DNA of 49,659 nucleotides, the filler included, from Catajapyx aquilonaris (Eukaryota): assembly GCA_000934665.2 (NCBI GenBank). It is 2 parts of 2 records of this genome, joined end to end, with 100 filler letters (N's around TTAATTAATTAA, not from the genome) between each part and the next. Parts side by side here need not be neighbours in the genome. Positions count along the whole stretch, not along the records: positions 24,868 to 49,659 come from KZ539355.1; 1 more part is not named here. The stretch is one strand, 5' to 3'. Below the pieces are notes generated by a model, which was given only the letters and a program-made list of their open reading frames with translations, made no database searches and was not told the DNA's origin. Below, piece after piece: positions 35,701-47,700 of the stretch. A program made the translations under genes and the position numbers. Positions within the stretch are counted from its first letter, which is position 1. Every line of letters begins with the position of its first letter.

Positions 35701-38700
35701 GGTTTCCCCTCCATCTTACTACTCCGTGTTGCAGTGTAGTTGCCATGGCCGCCAAAACCATCAAAGACCCTATTTTTGCCTGTACCCTATTTATACCTCG
35801 TTGGCGTTCCCCACACTTCAAAATGGCCGCCAGCCTTGGCAACGGCCCCAAACAGAGAGACGCGAACATCAAAGGTGCCGACAGAAAGTTGCGCGTCTTA
35901 TGTAGTATATGCTCTCTGCCCTGTACTAGTACAAGTCACTGACTTCTGAATTAATGTTCTAAACAAACAACTCCTGGCATTCTAGGATACTCTTAATCAT
36001 TCCATGAACAGTCATCTCCACCTATTTGTGATGGTGCATTATAATGCACATGCACTAACAGCAGGGCTAATCATAAGCAATTTGGTGCCAAAAATTACTA
36101 CCCATAATGGATATGTCAACTGGAAGACCCTGTAAATGTGAAAGTGTTATCACCTGTCTCTTCACAGGTCCCCCACGTTCTGGGATGGAGCAGGCGATGC
36201 TCGTTCCAATAGGTTTCTCAACAGAGAGATGGCCTACCGTGAGAAGCTTTGGGGGGAATATGAGCGGGGATATAGGTCAGTATCAATTAAAGTTTTTTGG
36301 GGCAGTTGATCACTTTTGATACATAAATATGTATATAAATTCTCAGGGGAGATGGGTATGATGAATATTATGCAGTCCAACAAGAACGATACATGGAGAT
36401 GATGGCCCAAGCCAGGGCCAACGTATGTGAGATTGTTACCATGGACAAGGTTCTCCGGTGAGCAATATGTCATGTTAATTTTGTGTAGTTTATTAGTGAC
36501 ACATTCTACTCCTTGCAGGCCTTATGCAGAGTATGTGGAGAGCCGTGTGAAGAATGCCAGCTTATTTGTGGACATTTTGTTCGTGAAGGAAAATGTGCCT
36601 ATAGATAAGGCTGTGCGAAGTATCAAGACCCGAGGAGTGCTTTACGCAATTATAATCAACACTGAACATGAACAACACAGGAGTGTCACCTTGTATATTC
36701 TTAGGGGCCGGATTCAAGGTGAGAAGTTTTTTGCCACTCTGTAGAAATATTATTGTTTACTGATGGAAGTGTTATGAGCTTTTATTTTTCATTTAGTTCA
36801 TGCACCAATTTAACCCTTCGTCTCCCGTGGCCACGTTGGTTGTACAGTGCTGGACACATTGGGCCGTATTCAGAGTCGTTGGCTAATGCAGCGCAAAAGT
36901 CCGCACTAACTAGTGCGACACTAGGTCCGCACTAGCGCCACACTAGTTGCTCCCATTCAGAGTTGCCTCACTGTCTGCTTAGAGCAGTGCACTAGGTTCG
37001 AACACTGCACTAGCGAGACGCGGTGTTGCCACGATTTCACAGTCAGGTTTTCGGACACAGTCTGTGCGATAAATGAGTTTTAAAATATTGATACATGTCA
37101 TTTTCGATTTTAATACATTTTATAGGTCTAAAACACATTTTAGATGCTTAAATAATTAATAATGATGGATTTACGCAAAAAATTCGGAGCTGGGGAAACA
37201 AATGAAGATCGTCGCCCGCCCCTGTTCGGAACCGGATCTGGGATGATACAACGATCGGGATTGCGATGTAAAAGAATAAATGTATGGTTTTTGGCTTGGT
37301 TTTCGGTAGCAGCATCGTGGGTAGCAGACACGTGTGCGCGCAAGGTTGCCAGGTAGCGTTCGCTGTCGCCGACGAAAAAAAAAACAAAACAATCACGGAC
37401 TGCTAATGTCTCCAGCACTGTATGATCATACGACCACATAATGTTAAAAAAAATTTCATTGGTATCACCTCGATGGAAATTTCTTCGACCATAGTCTTAG
37501 GAAAGGTTTGTAATTTACATGTTCAAGAGTATTGATGCCACTCGCGTGATATTTTTAATGGCACGACGTCATAGGCCAAAGGTCTAATTCATTGTAAATA
37601 AACATGTACTGCACGAATTTAAATACACATAGCTCCCTGCTGCATATTTCCCGGTAAGTGGACGTGCAGCTGAAAACCATTTGAAAACTCCCGAAATTCA
37701 GTGACTTACTCACCAGGGAAAAAATCAGAACGATCTGTCAAGGTTAGGCAAACTCCCCCAGCCACCATTTCGGTCGTAAAAAGTGTCCTCTCTCCTAATT
37801 GGCCGGGCAGACTGCTCTGAGCTCTAGGCGGTGGCCGCTTGCCACCTGATCCGCCTTTTGTTGCACCTGGTGGCTCACATCAACTCCGTTTAAACTCTAC
37901 CTTTGAAAAATTCTAAACGGACACTTAATGTTTTCATAATTTAGCAAAGGAAGTGGGCAATCATATAGAATTATCTAGGAAATTTACGAGGGGTGGAATC
38001 CGCCTAATAAAACCGCATAGGATGATGTCACCTTCTCATGTGTAGCATATGAGGCGGTACATGGCTCTAGCAAGATGCAACTCGGGTTTGTAGGTCTTGG
38101 ACGCTTCAGCCCCATCTTGTGCGTGAATCAAGAGCAAAACCAATGGTGCCAGATCCAGTGATTTTCACCTAGGGCGCTATTTTTTAATCCCCGCCCAAAG
38201 AGTGCGGAATCCAGTGGGAGACAAGGGTTATGTGGTAGGCATAGTTCTTGCCAGTGTACATACAGGATGTTCTGCTTAAAACACTAATAAAAGAAAAATT
38301 TATAACTTACAAAGTACTAGCTGTAATGACGGAAGGTAGGGGGGCATGGTGGTCTAGTGGCTAGGCTACTGTCCAGCCAAGTGGGAGATCTGGGGTTCAA
38401 ATCCGATCCCCGTCACCTCTGCTGGGTCGGGTCTTTTTCCGCTTTTCGCCCAACATGTCCTGGCAGAATTGCACTCTCTCCCCAGGGCCAAGAGAAAAGG
38501 TATTTAAGAGGGTCAGAAACGACTAAAACGAATTAAGAGCTCCCTCCCTTGAGAACCTCCCATTCCCCCNNNNNNNNNNNNNNNNNNNNNNNNNNNNNNN
38601 NNNNNNNNNNNNNNNNNNNNNNNNNNNNNNNNNNNNNNNNNNNNNNNNNNNNNNNNNNNNNNNNNNNNNNNNNCCCCCCCTTTCTAATACACTTACCGTA

Positions 38701-41700
38701 TTACCTCATAAAACGGCACAGTTTTTAGAAATCCATGATCTTGTGGCTATACCATCATGTCGGTATAAGGTGAGGTATGCCAGTATAAGGTGAGGTTTTC
38801 ACATAAGTTACATTATCCTTTCCGAACTTGACATTTGCCTGAAAATCGAAATTCACGTAAAGGCTATCGAATAGACACATTTTTCGAATTGGGCACCTGT
38901 ACTATACATTTTTTTCAATTGCAGTGTCTGGCAATAATCTCTATTTAAACAGTTGGAGCAGGGGGTTCCCCTGCCAATGCAGGCTGATGATGGGATTGGT
39001 CACACACTCTGCATTTTTTATATGCACTGTGCAACAGAACTTGCATATTCTCACAGCCTGTACACTCCCCTATTTTCGTTGTAACGTTATTTTAGTACGG
39101 TACCAGAAGCATTCAAAAAAATTGGCGAGGATCAAAATTACGGGAATCTACCTTGGTTATTGCGGCATGCCACCCCCGGGTTATACTGGCATGCTCCTTT
39201 ATGAGAGGTAATATGGTAATACACTGCATTAATAGTTTTAATACGAGCGGGATTCCCCAAAATGCAATGATTGGTGTAGATTCATGAAGGGCAAAATCAT
39301 AGGTCCCTTCTTTTTCTTGGAGGCCATGGTAACTGGACTAACATGCCTGGACATGTTTCATTAATAAGCTGTGCCTCAGCTTCCTACAATAACAATTTTT
39401 CAATAAGATGGCGCTCCCCTTCACTTTGCCAATGATATCTGCACATTCATGAATGACGATTGCATAATGGATTGGGAGATGATCAACATTCATTGCATAG
39501 CCCCCCCCCCCGCATGACCAGACCTAACTCCACCTGACTTTTTCCTGTGAGGACAGGTGTATGCTACACAGGTGCATAATCTGGAAGACTTGTGCGACAG
39601 AATTTGCGCTGCAATTAAAAACGTAACACCCAAAAGTGCTTCTCAACACATGGGCTGAGGCTGACTTCCTGTTGGACTTTTGCTGTGCTACCAATGGAGT
39701 TCATGTTGAAGTGTATTAGACTTATTTTTAAAAAATCAGATCTGCCCTTTGCACTGACGCCCACCTTCTATCATTACAACTAGTACTTTGTAAGTTATGA
39801 ATTTTGCTTTTATTCTAGTTTTAAGCATAACACCCTGTAGACATTACAAATTTGTGTACATAAACTAGTGACTAAACCAGGAAAATAGCAGTGCCATTGG
39901 AGCATATGAACAATTTATAAATACACCAGGGGGCTGTGGTATGTAACCCAGTGATTAAGGATATGCATGTAAGGGGTAAAGAACAGTTGTTAGTTTCAGT
40001 TATGAATTTTTATGGATCCTTTTAATTACATAGTTAAATCGGGTGGGGGTATCATATCAAGTAGGGCCATTTAAAAAAAAATCCTGCTCACAATCAATGA
40101 GTGTGAAAAAGATGTCCCAAATTGTCTGCTTATGTGCAAATACTAATGCAGTCAGGAGGCATGGTGGTCGAGTTGGTAACGACTCGACTTGCTGAGCAAA
40201 TGGTCCTGGGTTCGATCCCCGCCCGGGAGTTCCCTTTCGCCTGTGTCAGAAGGGTCTCGGACTCGCGCCTTGGGGGCGTCTGGCAACCTAACCTCCAGGG
40301 AGACTGCACGTGACCCCTTTTCAGACATTGCGCTAGTACCCGTGTCTGATAGTAGTGGCTTCTTGCCCTATTTGCTGGTCATGGTGCAGTTCACATTGTT
40401 GACCATGGCGGTTTTGTAAACCCAAGAGACACAGCTTGTTGCTATACCAATTACAGTAATTTACATATTGTTGCCTTTGTACTGTTAGACTGCAAAATGT
40501 GTCCTAATTTACAGGCGCCACCCTGTAATAATAATAATAATGATAATAATAATAATAATTCAGTCTGCTTCTACAAAAATAACCTGATTCCAAGATTACC
40601 GTATTTACGCGCATATAAGACGCACCCTGGTTTGAGGCGAAAAATCGTGGAAAATCGGTTGTTGACTTATATAAGACGCACCCAGATTTATTGCCGTAGT
40701 TTGGGAACTGGCCTCGACCTGCCGGCAGCAACCTCGTGTGCAATGCATGTATTAGAATCCAGTGGGGGGGGGGGGGNGTGGAAAATGGGACAATGCTACG
40801 CATCTGAAAGGTATAGATGGCAAGGTCACATCGGAATTGTGCACGTGTGTGGACGATTTCTCACTGGTTTCACCCGTTGTGCCCTGCTGTATAAGACGCA
40901 CCCTACTTTTTGAACTACAAAAATCGGAAGAAAGGTGCGTCTTATATGCGCGTAAATACGGTAGATGTTTTATGTGATTCCGGAATGCTGTCTGCACCTT
41001 ACAAGTTGAAAACATAGAAGCACCACAAATCAAATGAAGGAGAAAGTTTCTAATTATGTGTAGTGAATGCCTATGTGTAATCAGATTTTCCGTCATTTAC
41101 TTTCTTAAACTGGCCCTAATTCTAACAATAATAATATAATATATATAATATATATATATATATTATAATAATAATCCGGGTAGTGCTTGACCTCATCTGA
41201 GGTATATAGCACGGACCTTTATTTTATACTCATACATACATCGGAACCTTTATACGTAACGCCCGGGCCCACGGGCAGGATGACAGGAGGGGATGTGCAA
41301 GGTGCAGTGCAATGTCTTTATGTGGCCATTTTTAGTGAACTCGCCCGGGTGGTTTAGTCTGTAGGAAATACCACCCGAGACGAAGCCAGAGGTGACCCAA
41401 TGAACTCTGCACGAGATGAAGGGGGTGTTCCCGGGCTGGGATCGAACCCGAGACCTTAACATCCGTGGGTGCATATGTTACTGCAGCACCACTCCGCCTC
41501 CCCTTAATTCTAACAATTTCCCATATCCATACTGGCAATTTCGTTAAAATTTTTCATATAACATTTTAATGATCACCAAGTTTTATATCTAATAACCAAA
41601 GAATGGATTTCTAGGTTTTTTCCTACTTTGTCTATTGTAGGCAGAACACCGTAACCAAAATATCTCTCAATTTCATAACACAAGGACCTCAAAAATCGTA

Positions 41701-44198
41701 GTTTTATAGAACCTAAAAATGCCTATTTCGGGTGTTGGAACCTAAATGGCTTTTTTAATTAATTTATTTTTTACCCCATTGGAGGGAATGAAGCCCTTTT
41801 ATGGGGTAAATGGCTTATTACGCCTGTTAGTGCCTATTAACACCTTTTTGACGCATTTTCTGTTCAAGTCATCCCTCCTGCTTCAATCTGTGAATAGAGA
41901 AGAAGCTGTAGCCTATAGACATGCCGGATGAACTGGCTGTACAAGACATTTAACTTTTTAAGAATGATCCAGTTGCTTTGTGAGACATCTAAAGGTCATT
42001 TTTCAGCGTATAAAGTCATACTGTCACACAGACATTGCCGACAGATAATCATAAAAAAACTAAAATGTGGAACAACTGTTAATTTTTTATGGTGTTGCAA
42101 AATTACATGGCCAAAAGTAATATGCATGGGACTGAAAATAAATTAGGACCTGCTTGATTTTTAGGGCCTATTTAAGAGCCTATTTAAACTGTTTTCAGGA
42201 CCTAAATGCCTACCTATTTGAGGGTTTATTAGAACCTGGAAATCTGTTCTTTGCTAATAACTTTTTACTTTCACTCCTCCCACGAAGTGGGCCAGGTTGC
42301 TATTTTTTAATTTTTTAAATTTGGTTCGCTATTGCTATTCATGGGTGGAAGCTTCTTCGTACTACCAGTTACTTCTAACTTAGCAGTACCAGTGTAGTGC
42401 AATGGTACTGCTAACTTAGCAGTAACTAGTAGTACAACAAAAATTCCACCCCATATGATTAGTAGTAATCAAAAGACTGTATGAGACTTTGAGACTGAGA
42501 CCATGTATGGCAGTGCTTGCCAAAGTCTTGGTTGCAACTGGTCTCATCCCAGATGTCCCTGAGCACGGTCTTTTGCATGACCTTAATTGCTCTTCCATGG
42601 AGTTTCCAATTTGGCACTGCTGTTTGCTCCATGGTCCCCAAGGCGGTTCGGGCGGATGTCTCTGTGAACATGCTCCATATCCTGCTGCAGTGCAAAGAGT
42701 CTTCCGCCCGAACCATTCATGAATACCCATGATGCAATGTGACACCTTTTTTATTACCATATGTAACTTCCCCCCCCCCCTCCCCCCACTATTTACAACA
42801 ACAAAAAAGTGCCAGCCCCATACGTACATGGTCACCAGACTGGAATAGGACTGTATACAGAGTCTGACATCTTCTTGAAATTTTTAGGGAAACACTGGGA
42901 TGTACCCGGTTGGTAATCTTACCAATGCTATTTCAAAAATTTGGAGTTGGTTATGATATTCATGGAAGGGAAGGGAGAATTTTGAACATGGAATATTTGA
43001 CTTGTCCATGATAAATGAAAGATAATAAACTGCAATTGATGTCACAACCTGAAGACCAGAATTCAAATTGAAGTAGAGCCATCAATTGCAATATTTTGGG
43101 CATGAAACACTAGTGGAATTTGTGTTTGTGTGTGACATTATTTATGTAGATAGAGATAATTGAAATACTTGTGTGACAAGTGTGATGATAAGGGAAACGA
43201 AATTAAAATGTCACTATCTTTTTAAACCCCCAGTACACAAAAACATGCCCCTGGATGATGCTATCAAGTTTATGGCACGTGATTATGAGAAATACAACCA
43301 GGCATTACGTGAGGGAAAACCACTTTCGGAGGCTGGTGGAAAAGATCAGACCACATCAAAGACAGGGACATTAGAGGCTCCTCCGGCTCCGTCCATCTCA
43401 GCCTCAATTAATTTGGAGGCACACCCTGAGAATGTGCGCCAGTTGATCAGCTACTTCATCCATGAGAAGCCCCTCACCGTTTTGGAATATGATCGCTTGA
43501 TTCAATACATAAAAGAAAAGAGGGACAAGCAATTACTGGCTGAACCTGATGCTGCAGCTGCATTAGGTACCATGCCACTAGTTGAAGAAGTTCCTGTTAC
43601 GGAAGGCAAGTCTTCTGCAAGCAGGTATTCTCTAATAATTATACTCATTGAAATTCTTTCTCTTTTTTTTTTTGCAATGGTAGAACCTGAACCAGCTCTG
43701 ACACAGCAACAAGTGGATTTGCAGCAGAGGATCTTGAATATTCTCAACTCAGGCTCTCTCAGTTCAGGTGCAGCCACAGCTGGCTTGCCCATGAATGCCT
43801 CTTTGAACATGAGTGCTGCCCCTAGCATGGGAACGAGCCCATCTGTAACATCAGCAGCCAAGGTAGTACCACAGCCTGTACCAGCACCCACTTCAGTCAC
43901 AGGGCCACAGATGACCTCGCCATCCTGGATGTCAAATCAGAACAACAGCAGCACTGGTGCCAACCAACAAATGCAGCAAATGGCCAACACAAACAAGAGA
44001 CCCATGTCCAATCCTCTTTTGGACAACCCATCTGTTCAGAGAGCTTTGGACAGTCTTATTCAAACTGGCCCAAACTTCTTGAAGGTCTTATCCCAACCAC
44101 AGGACACAACCTCTATGCCACCTCCACAGGGTAATGCACACATGGGGAGGAACCAGCCCATGTACAACCCATATGGAAGTTACCAGCCGAAGTACTGA
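26685..44198 (+). CDS. NCOA5: Nuclear receptor coactivator 5 / Neosin-like RNA-binding protein (RRM, RGG repeats, anticodon-binding-like domain, low-complexity C-terminus), ~671 aa
   Basis: Exons 26685-26694 (tentative; otherwise ATG 27096), 27088-27228, 27290-27397, 29225-29675, 36168-36275, 36347-36457, 36519-36718, 43234-43605 and 43684-44198; 2016 nt with compatible phases. RRM motifs RLFIGNV and RGFGFVQF. NCOA5-type segments CEIV...YAEYVE...VDILF...HEQHRSVTLYIL and HKNMPLDDA...ARDYEKY, plus C-terminal LDNPSVQRALDSL. Confidence 0.85.
26736..26963. mobile_element. hAT-type MITE in the first intron of the NCOA5-like gene
   Basis: TIRs CAGGGGCGGAT / CAGTGGCGCAT and a perfect 8-bp TSD CCTCAATC (26728-26735 and 26964-26971). 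Confidence 0.85.
27698..28871. mobile_element. pogo/Tigger-like non-autonomous element, middle element of the nest
   Basis: TA|CCATATTACCTCTCATATTGCGGCATGCCGGT ... ACCGGCATGCCGCAATATGAGAGGTAATACGG|TA. Related copy in the opposite orientation at 38696-39216. Confidence 0.8.
28193..28684. mobile_element. Foldback element with near-perfect ~230-bp arms, innermost in the nest
   Basis: Arms 28193-28424 and 28454-28684 are reverse complements with few mismatches and a 29-nt loop. AGGAACAGTC termini resemble Kolobok/T2 MITEs, but no clean TTAA TSD. Confidence 0.85.
30442..31433 (-). mobile_element. Non-autonomous Helitron (Lep1-like) with a nested SINE
   Basis: Minus strand begins A|TCTTAATCTATATATTAGTTTGTTTGTTTGGATG and ends CCCAGGCAACGCCGGG-TAACCTGCTAG|T: 5' TC, 3' hairpin plus CTAG, inserted between A and T. 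Confidence 0.75.
30895..31110 (+). mobile_element. tRNA-derived SINE, family 2 (B box deleted)
   Basis: Shares CCCACGGATGTTAAGGTC, CTTCATCTCGTGCAGAGTT and CCTGCCCGTGGGCCCGGGCG with the minus-strand copy at 41243-41504. Confidence 0.75.
31857..32143. mobile_element. Imperfect palindromic MITE-like element
   Basis: CCCCGCAACTCCCT...CAAGTCCCCTATCCCCGGATTTGGAG is mirrored by CTCCACATCCAGGGATAGGGGACTTG...AGGGAGTTGTGGGG. Confidence 0.6.
32450..32620 (+). mobile_element. tRNA-derived SINE, family 1 (second copy)
   Basis: CTGCTAATCAGGAGGTCCTGGGATCAAATCCC...AATAGGCCACAGCCGCTTCCTT aligns to 19088-19328. Confidence 0.75.
32961..33285. repeat. 52-54-bp minisatellite (~3.7 copies), possibly within a hAT-like element end
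   Basis: Unit TTTTCAAAAGCGTTACTCGAATACGTTACAAAATAACGATTACCAAAAAAAG starts at 32961, 33015, 33067 and 33119. Inverted partial unit at ~33184. Ends CGTTATCACATCACTA (TAGTGATG-type TIR); no left TIR found. Confidence 0.8.
33540..34330 (-). mobile_element. Possible decayed non-LTR retrotransposon 3' end
   Basis: Minus strand ends in an (AAAGC)3 tail. Upstream RSLGAPCPWRN loosely resembles the Jockey-type GAPWYVRN motif. Weak support. Confidence 0.3.
35090..35615. repeat. Long imperfect inverted repeat (foldback)
   Basis: CATTTAGAGGCATACCTCATGCGGGAGGCATATATGTGG (35136) is mirrored by CCACATATATGCCTCCCGCATGAGGTATGCCTCTAAATG (35493-35531). Inner arms CCAGACTCCAGCCCAAGAGCCCA / TGGGCTCTTGGGCTGGAGTCTGG. 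Confidence 0.85.
36814..38227. mobile_element. piggyBac-type non-autonomous element
   Basis: TTAA|CCCTTCGTCTCCC ... GGGAGACAAGGG|TTAT (one mismatch in the TSD). Confidence 0.6.
38341..38545 (+). mobile_element. tRNA-derived SINE, family 3
   Basis: A box TGGTCTAGTGG and B box GGTTCAAATCC. The 3' end runs towards the N gap. Confidence 0.65.
38570..38673. other. Assembly gap (104 N)
   Basis: Run of N within an intron of the NCOA5-like gene. Confidence 0.99.
38696..39216. mobile_element. pogo/Tigger-like MITE, same family as 27698-28871, inverted
   Basis: TA|CCGTATTACCTC ... GAGAGGTAATATGG|TA. 38696-38862 is the diverged reverse complement of 28681-28871. Confidence 0.75.
40154..40559 (+). mobile_element. 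tRNA-derived SINE, family 4, with (AAT)n tail
   Basis: A box TGGTCGAGTTGG, B box GGTTCGATCCC, and (AAT)n at 40527-40559. Confidence 0.7.
40599..40961. mobile_element. pogo/Tigger-like MITE
   Basis: TA|CCGTATTTACGCGCATATAAGACGCACC ... GGTGCGTCTTATATGCGCGTAAATACGG|TA: perfect 28-bp TIRs with internal TATAAGACGCACCC repeats. Confidence 0.9.
41243..41504 (-). mobile_element. tRNA-derived SINE, family 2 (fuller copy)
   Basis: Minus strand GGGGAGGCGGAGTGG...GGTTCGATCCC...CCCGTGGGCCCGGGCGTTACGTATAAAGGTTCC, followed by a short ATGT repeat. Confidence 0.75.
41597..42253. mobile_element. Non-autonomous DNA transposon with 8-bp TSD (P- or hAT-like)
   Basis: TIRs CAAAGAATGGATTTCTAGGTT / CAAAGAACAGATTTCCAGGTT and a perfect TSD CTAATAAC (41589-41596 and 42254-42261). 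Confidence 0.85.
42483..42740 (-). mobile_element. Possible 3' end of a REL-endonuclease LINE (R4/Dong-like)
   Basis: TALGTM...AIKVMQKTVL resembles the GALGT...I..MQKAVL C-terminus. A short AGTCTC repeat follows. Confidence 0.4.
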
Positions 44199-46599
44199 AA
44201 GCAGTATTTCTCTCACTGGAAAATTATGTGGTGGTTTACAGTGGTGTTTTTTTGAGTGGTGCTTCACCACTTTCTCAGTTGAGTGTTTTTTAAAAATTAT
44301 GCAGTAGACTCCGGATATTCCGGACGTCAATGGACCCTGGAAAACATTGCTATAACTGAAAATCTGTTACAGGCATGGCTATTATATCCTGAGTCTACTG
44401 CATATATAACAATGTTTCATGTTCAAAATGTCACATTTATACAACTTTTGTCTCCCTGCTTGAAGTCAATTTTTAATTGTCCCAAAGTGTGTCCATTTGT
44501 GAGCCAACCTAAAAAAGTAAAAGGTGGGAAATGCGATTGCCATACCTCACCCATTGCATTTGACACCCACAGATGTGGCAAACACCTGCCAGGATCAGTC
44601 ATGGCATATACCTTAATATAATGATTTTTAGTGGAGGTTGTTTGTAATAATGTTTGAACTGAAAGTAGAACTCAATTATTTCTTGTTGATTCTGGGTATT
44701 GCAAAAATTCATCTCTATTTATAGCAATTGTTAGAGTTGCTTGGTGTTCACTATAACTTAATTTCATTAAATAAATTGTTAAGTCTATTGTTTACTGGGT
44801 GGTGTAGTCCTGGTGCAACACTACTGTAAGAACTACATTAATTTATTACAGTGCAGGGGTAGCAGGTCTGCACTTCACTCATTTATTCCAGTGAAAGGGT
44901 CCAGTGTTACACCAATGGATCTCTGATTTGCCAGAAAGGCTGGTGTAGAGCCTTCTTATGAAATTAATATACTACATTTTGACAAAACCTGAACTACACC
45001 TTCCACTACACTAGCCAATAAACAAACAGCCCTATTGTGTGCACCTGGTTGCTTAGAATAGCACAGTTCGTAACCCTCCATTGGTGACTTTTCAGTTACT
45101 GGAAAATTAAGAGCAAAATTAGTGAGTCTTCTTAGCATCTATGGTGATTTTAAATCAGAAAATATTGAAACTTCCTCACTTTTAGAGGTGGATTTTTCAT
45201 ATTGCCACAGTTGATGGGAAAAATCAGAGCTTCACTTTTTCATCTAACATTTTTAGGAACAACCTCCGTTATTTATTGTGGTGCACAGCAAAATTGATCC
45301 TGGTATGTGTCCTTTCACTGTGACACCATTTAGGGAGTCCCATATGTTAGAGAGCATTGATCATTAATTTATTCAGCCTCCATGCTGGTTGGAAGTGTTC
45401 AGCGTTAGAACTCAACCTGCATGGAGTTCCTATCATCTTATGGCAGTGCCCCATTTCACATGTTCAGTCTGAGCGGTCATGAAGTTTCTGAACAAGGAAA
45501 CTGATGATAACTAAAATTATGTCTTCAAAATACTCCCAAGTTCATTTTATGCAAATAAGATGTGCAAGTATGTGCATCTGTCCGTAAATCACACATGAAC
45601 GGGTGGAGTTAGCATGTTATGCGGAACAAAGCTTTGATTTTTTAAAATTATTTCCCCATTTCACTTTATTGGACTTTTTTTATACTTCTGAGCATGCAGT
45701 GTATGGCAGAAGTAGATTGGTGAAAAATAAAGATCATGTGATGGCAGTTAAATTTTTTTGCCACTCATGGCATCGTCTTTTTCAATGGAAGGGGAAAATT
45801 TATCATGTACTTGATAAACCAAGTTTTTAACATTATGAATCTTTCGCCGGAAGAGTTCTTAAATTTTGTACTTCAAATGGTAATTCCACCGAATGATTCC
45901 ATTGAGGGGGAATGGATGTTTTGAAATGTGGTTAGCGAAACAAGAATCACATGAAGTTTGTATGTACAACTATTGGGCTTGAAAATCAGTCCATTTGAAT
46001 CATCATGAAAATATTACACTCGAGAGATCGCTGGTGTTTTATTCTTGCCTTCCAATTACGTAGGTGTTTCAGGTATTAGGAGTAAGTTGTGGAGGAAGCT
46101 TCTACCCACATTTGTGCCATATTATTTATTTATTATGGCAACAGCAGAAATGCACAACCTGTGTCCTGATGAAAGCCTCCAAAGAGGTGTCCCAAGAGGT
46201 AAATTAAGTTTTTCTCCTTTCACCACCAAAAATGTTCCCTGGAATGAATGGTCCCGTGTCCCACTAGATTCCCACTTTCCCTTCTCAGAGAAAGTATTAA
46301 GCCAAAGCTACAGATGCTGAAAATGGATGGCTGCCTGCATGTAACTTGCCCACCTCTTCACAGGTCTTCCCTTGAAGCTGAGTGAGTTGTTCCAGGACCT
46401 GCAGAAGAGAGTTGCGTGAGTGTCACACTTTGATGATAGTAGGATTACACTGGTGGCCACAGGACCAGAGTCATACATGAGCAATGTTTTGCCGTGACAT
46501 AAACTCAAGGAGTATTTCAAACACACACAGTATAAGTTGTATAGCTGAACAATAAGAGAAGCTAAGGGCAGGATTTCATCATGATTGCATTGCTGGATG

Positions 46600-47700
46600 G
46601 TTGGAGGGGGTCAGGTCAATTGAGTGCAGCAGATAGAAGGTCAGTAGGTAGCATTCAAATTGGCTGAGTACACCAGCAATAGCTGGCTGTTCAAAGAGCA
46701 CCTGTCTAGCTGCAATGAACTGTATATGTCCAATGTACTTATTATTCTGAATGCCAACAATTTCCAGGTGTCCATTAATCACTGTGTAGGTCTGCTCACT
46801 TAAAAACAAGGGACAGGACAGTCAGGTGAAACTGGTACGCTTACAGGGTGAATCCCTCGTGCACAGCAGAGGGAATCTTGGGTGATTCTCCCATGTTTTT
46901 GTAGAATGTCAGACCCCTTGCCAAAAAAATACCTATACATTCAAATCATAAATTATTGCACATTCTTGGGGTACAGGTAGTAAAGGTTTTCATAGCATAA
47001 CTCTCCAATACATACAAGCAGCTACCTTTTAGCATACAGAACAGAGAACACCCATCACCCTTTGTGCATAGTTACAAATTGAAAGTTTCAAACACAAGTT
47101 CACCAGGCATTCTCTTGTACACCGTACTGCACAATAGTTTATGCACAACATTCAGCCTGCTTGATTCACATTCTTGTGCAATGGTGATTCCAAACATCAC
47201 TTACACTGTGTGTATCAGAATTGAGCTTGCATCCACATCAGTAAAAATATTGTGGACGCTTATTTACAGACATCTCTGTCGTATTTCCACCTACAAGTGT
47301 GGCAGTGCAACACAGAGTACACTTTACTAACACTCTGTATGATTCAAAGCGAAACTTGAAGGTGGGTTCACAAGGGCAAGCATTTGTGAAAATGCCATTG
47401 ATAAGGATGTGATCAAAAGACTGAAACACAATAGTTGGCTAACCATGGAGCATTGCCACTATTTTTTGGCTCTTGTCGTCATGTTGTACAGGTGCCTACA
47501 AAAAGTCCAGACACCCTCAGAGTTTTCTCACCAGGTCATTGTATTGGATGCATTACTTTCACTCTTGCCATCGACCCTGGTATCCCAAATCTACCTCCAC
47601 AATACTACAAGTATGGATGCCAGTATACATGGCAATTGTCTTATGCATGCTCCAGTAACAAGGAACCTGGGGAGTCCCCGTAATATTTTGCTGACTGCAT
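46600..47700 (+). mobile_element. Heavily decayed L2/CR1-group LINE ORF2 remnant
   Basis: RLKHNSWLTMEH...MLYRCLQKVQTPSEFS resembles the 'L.WL...LLYK.L....P.YLS' C-terminal segment. Many stops. Confidence 0.3.

Larger units (their letters stand above)
38263..39837 (+). mobile_element. Decayed Tc1/mariner (DD41D/rosa-like) transposon with nested SINE and MITE
   Basis: ~80-bp imperfect TIRs flanked by TA. 39250-39720 reads DSPK...IIGPFFF...FQ*DGAPLHF...WIGR...PDLTPPDFFL*G...NGVHVEVY with stops and frameshifts. Confidence 0.85.

Noticed and set aside
46308..46809. Possible terminal exons of a minus-strand gene (SWNNSLSFKGRPVKRWASY)
   Set aside because: No linked upstream exons or recognisable protein; better explained as antisense of a decayed LINE, though not excluded.
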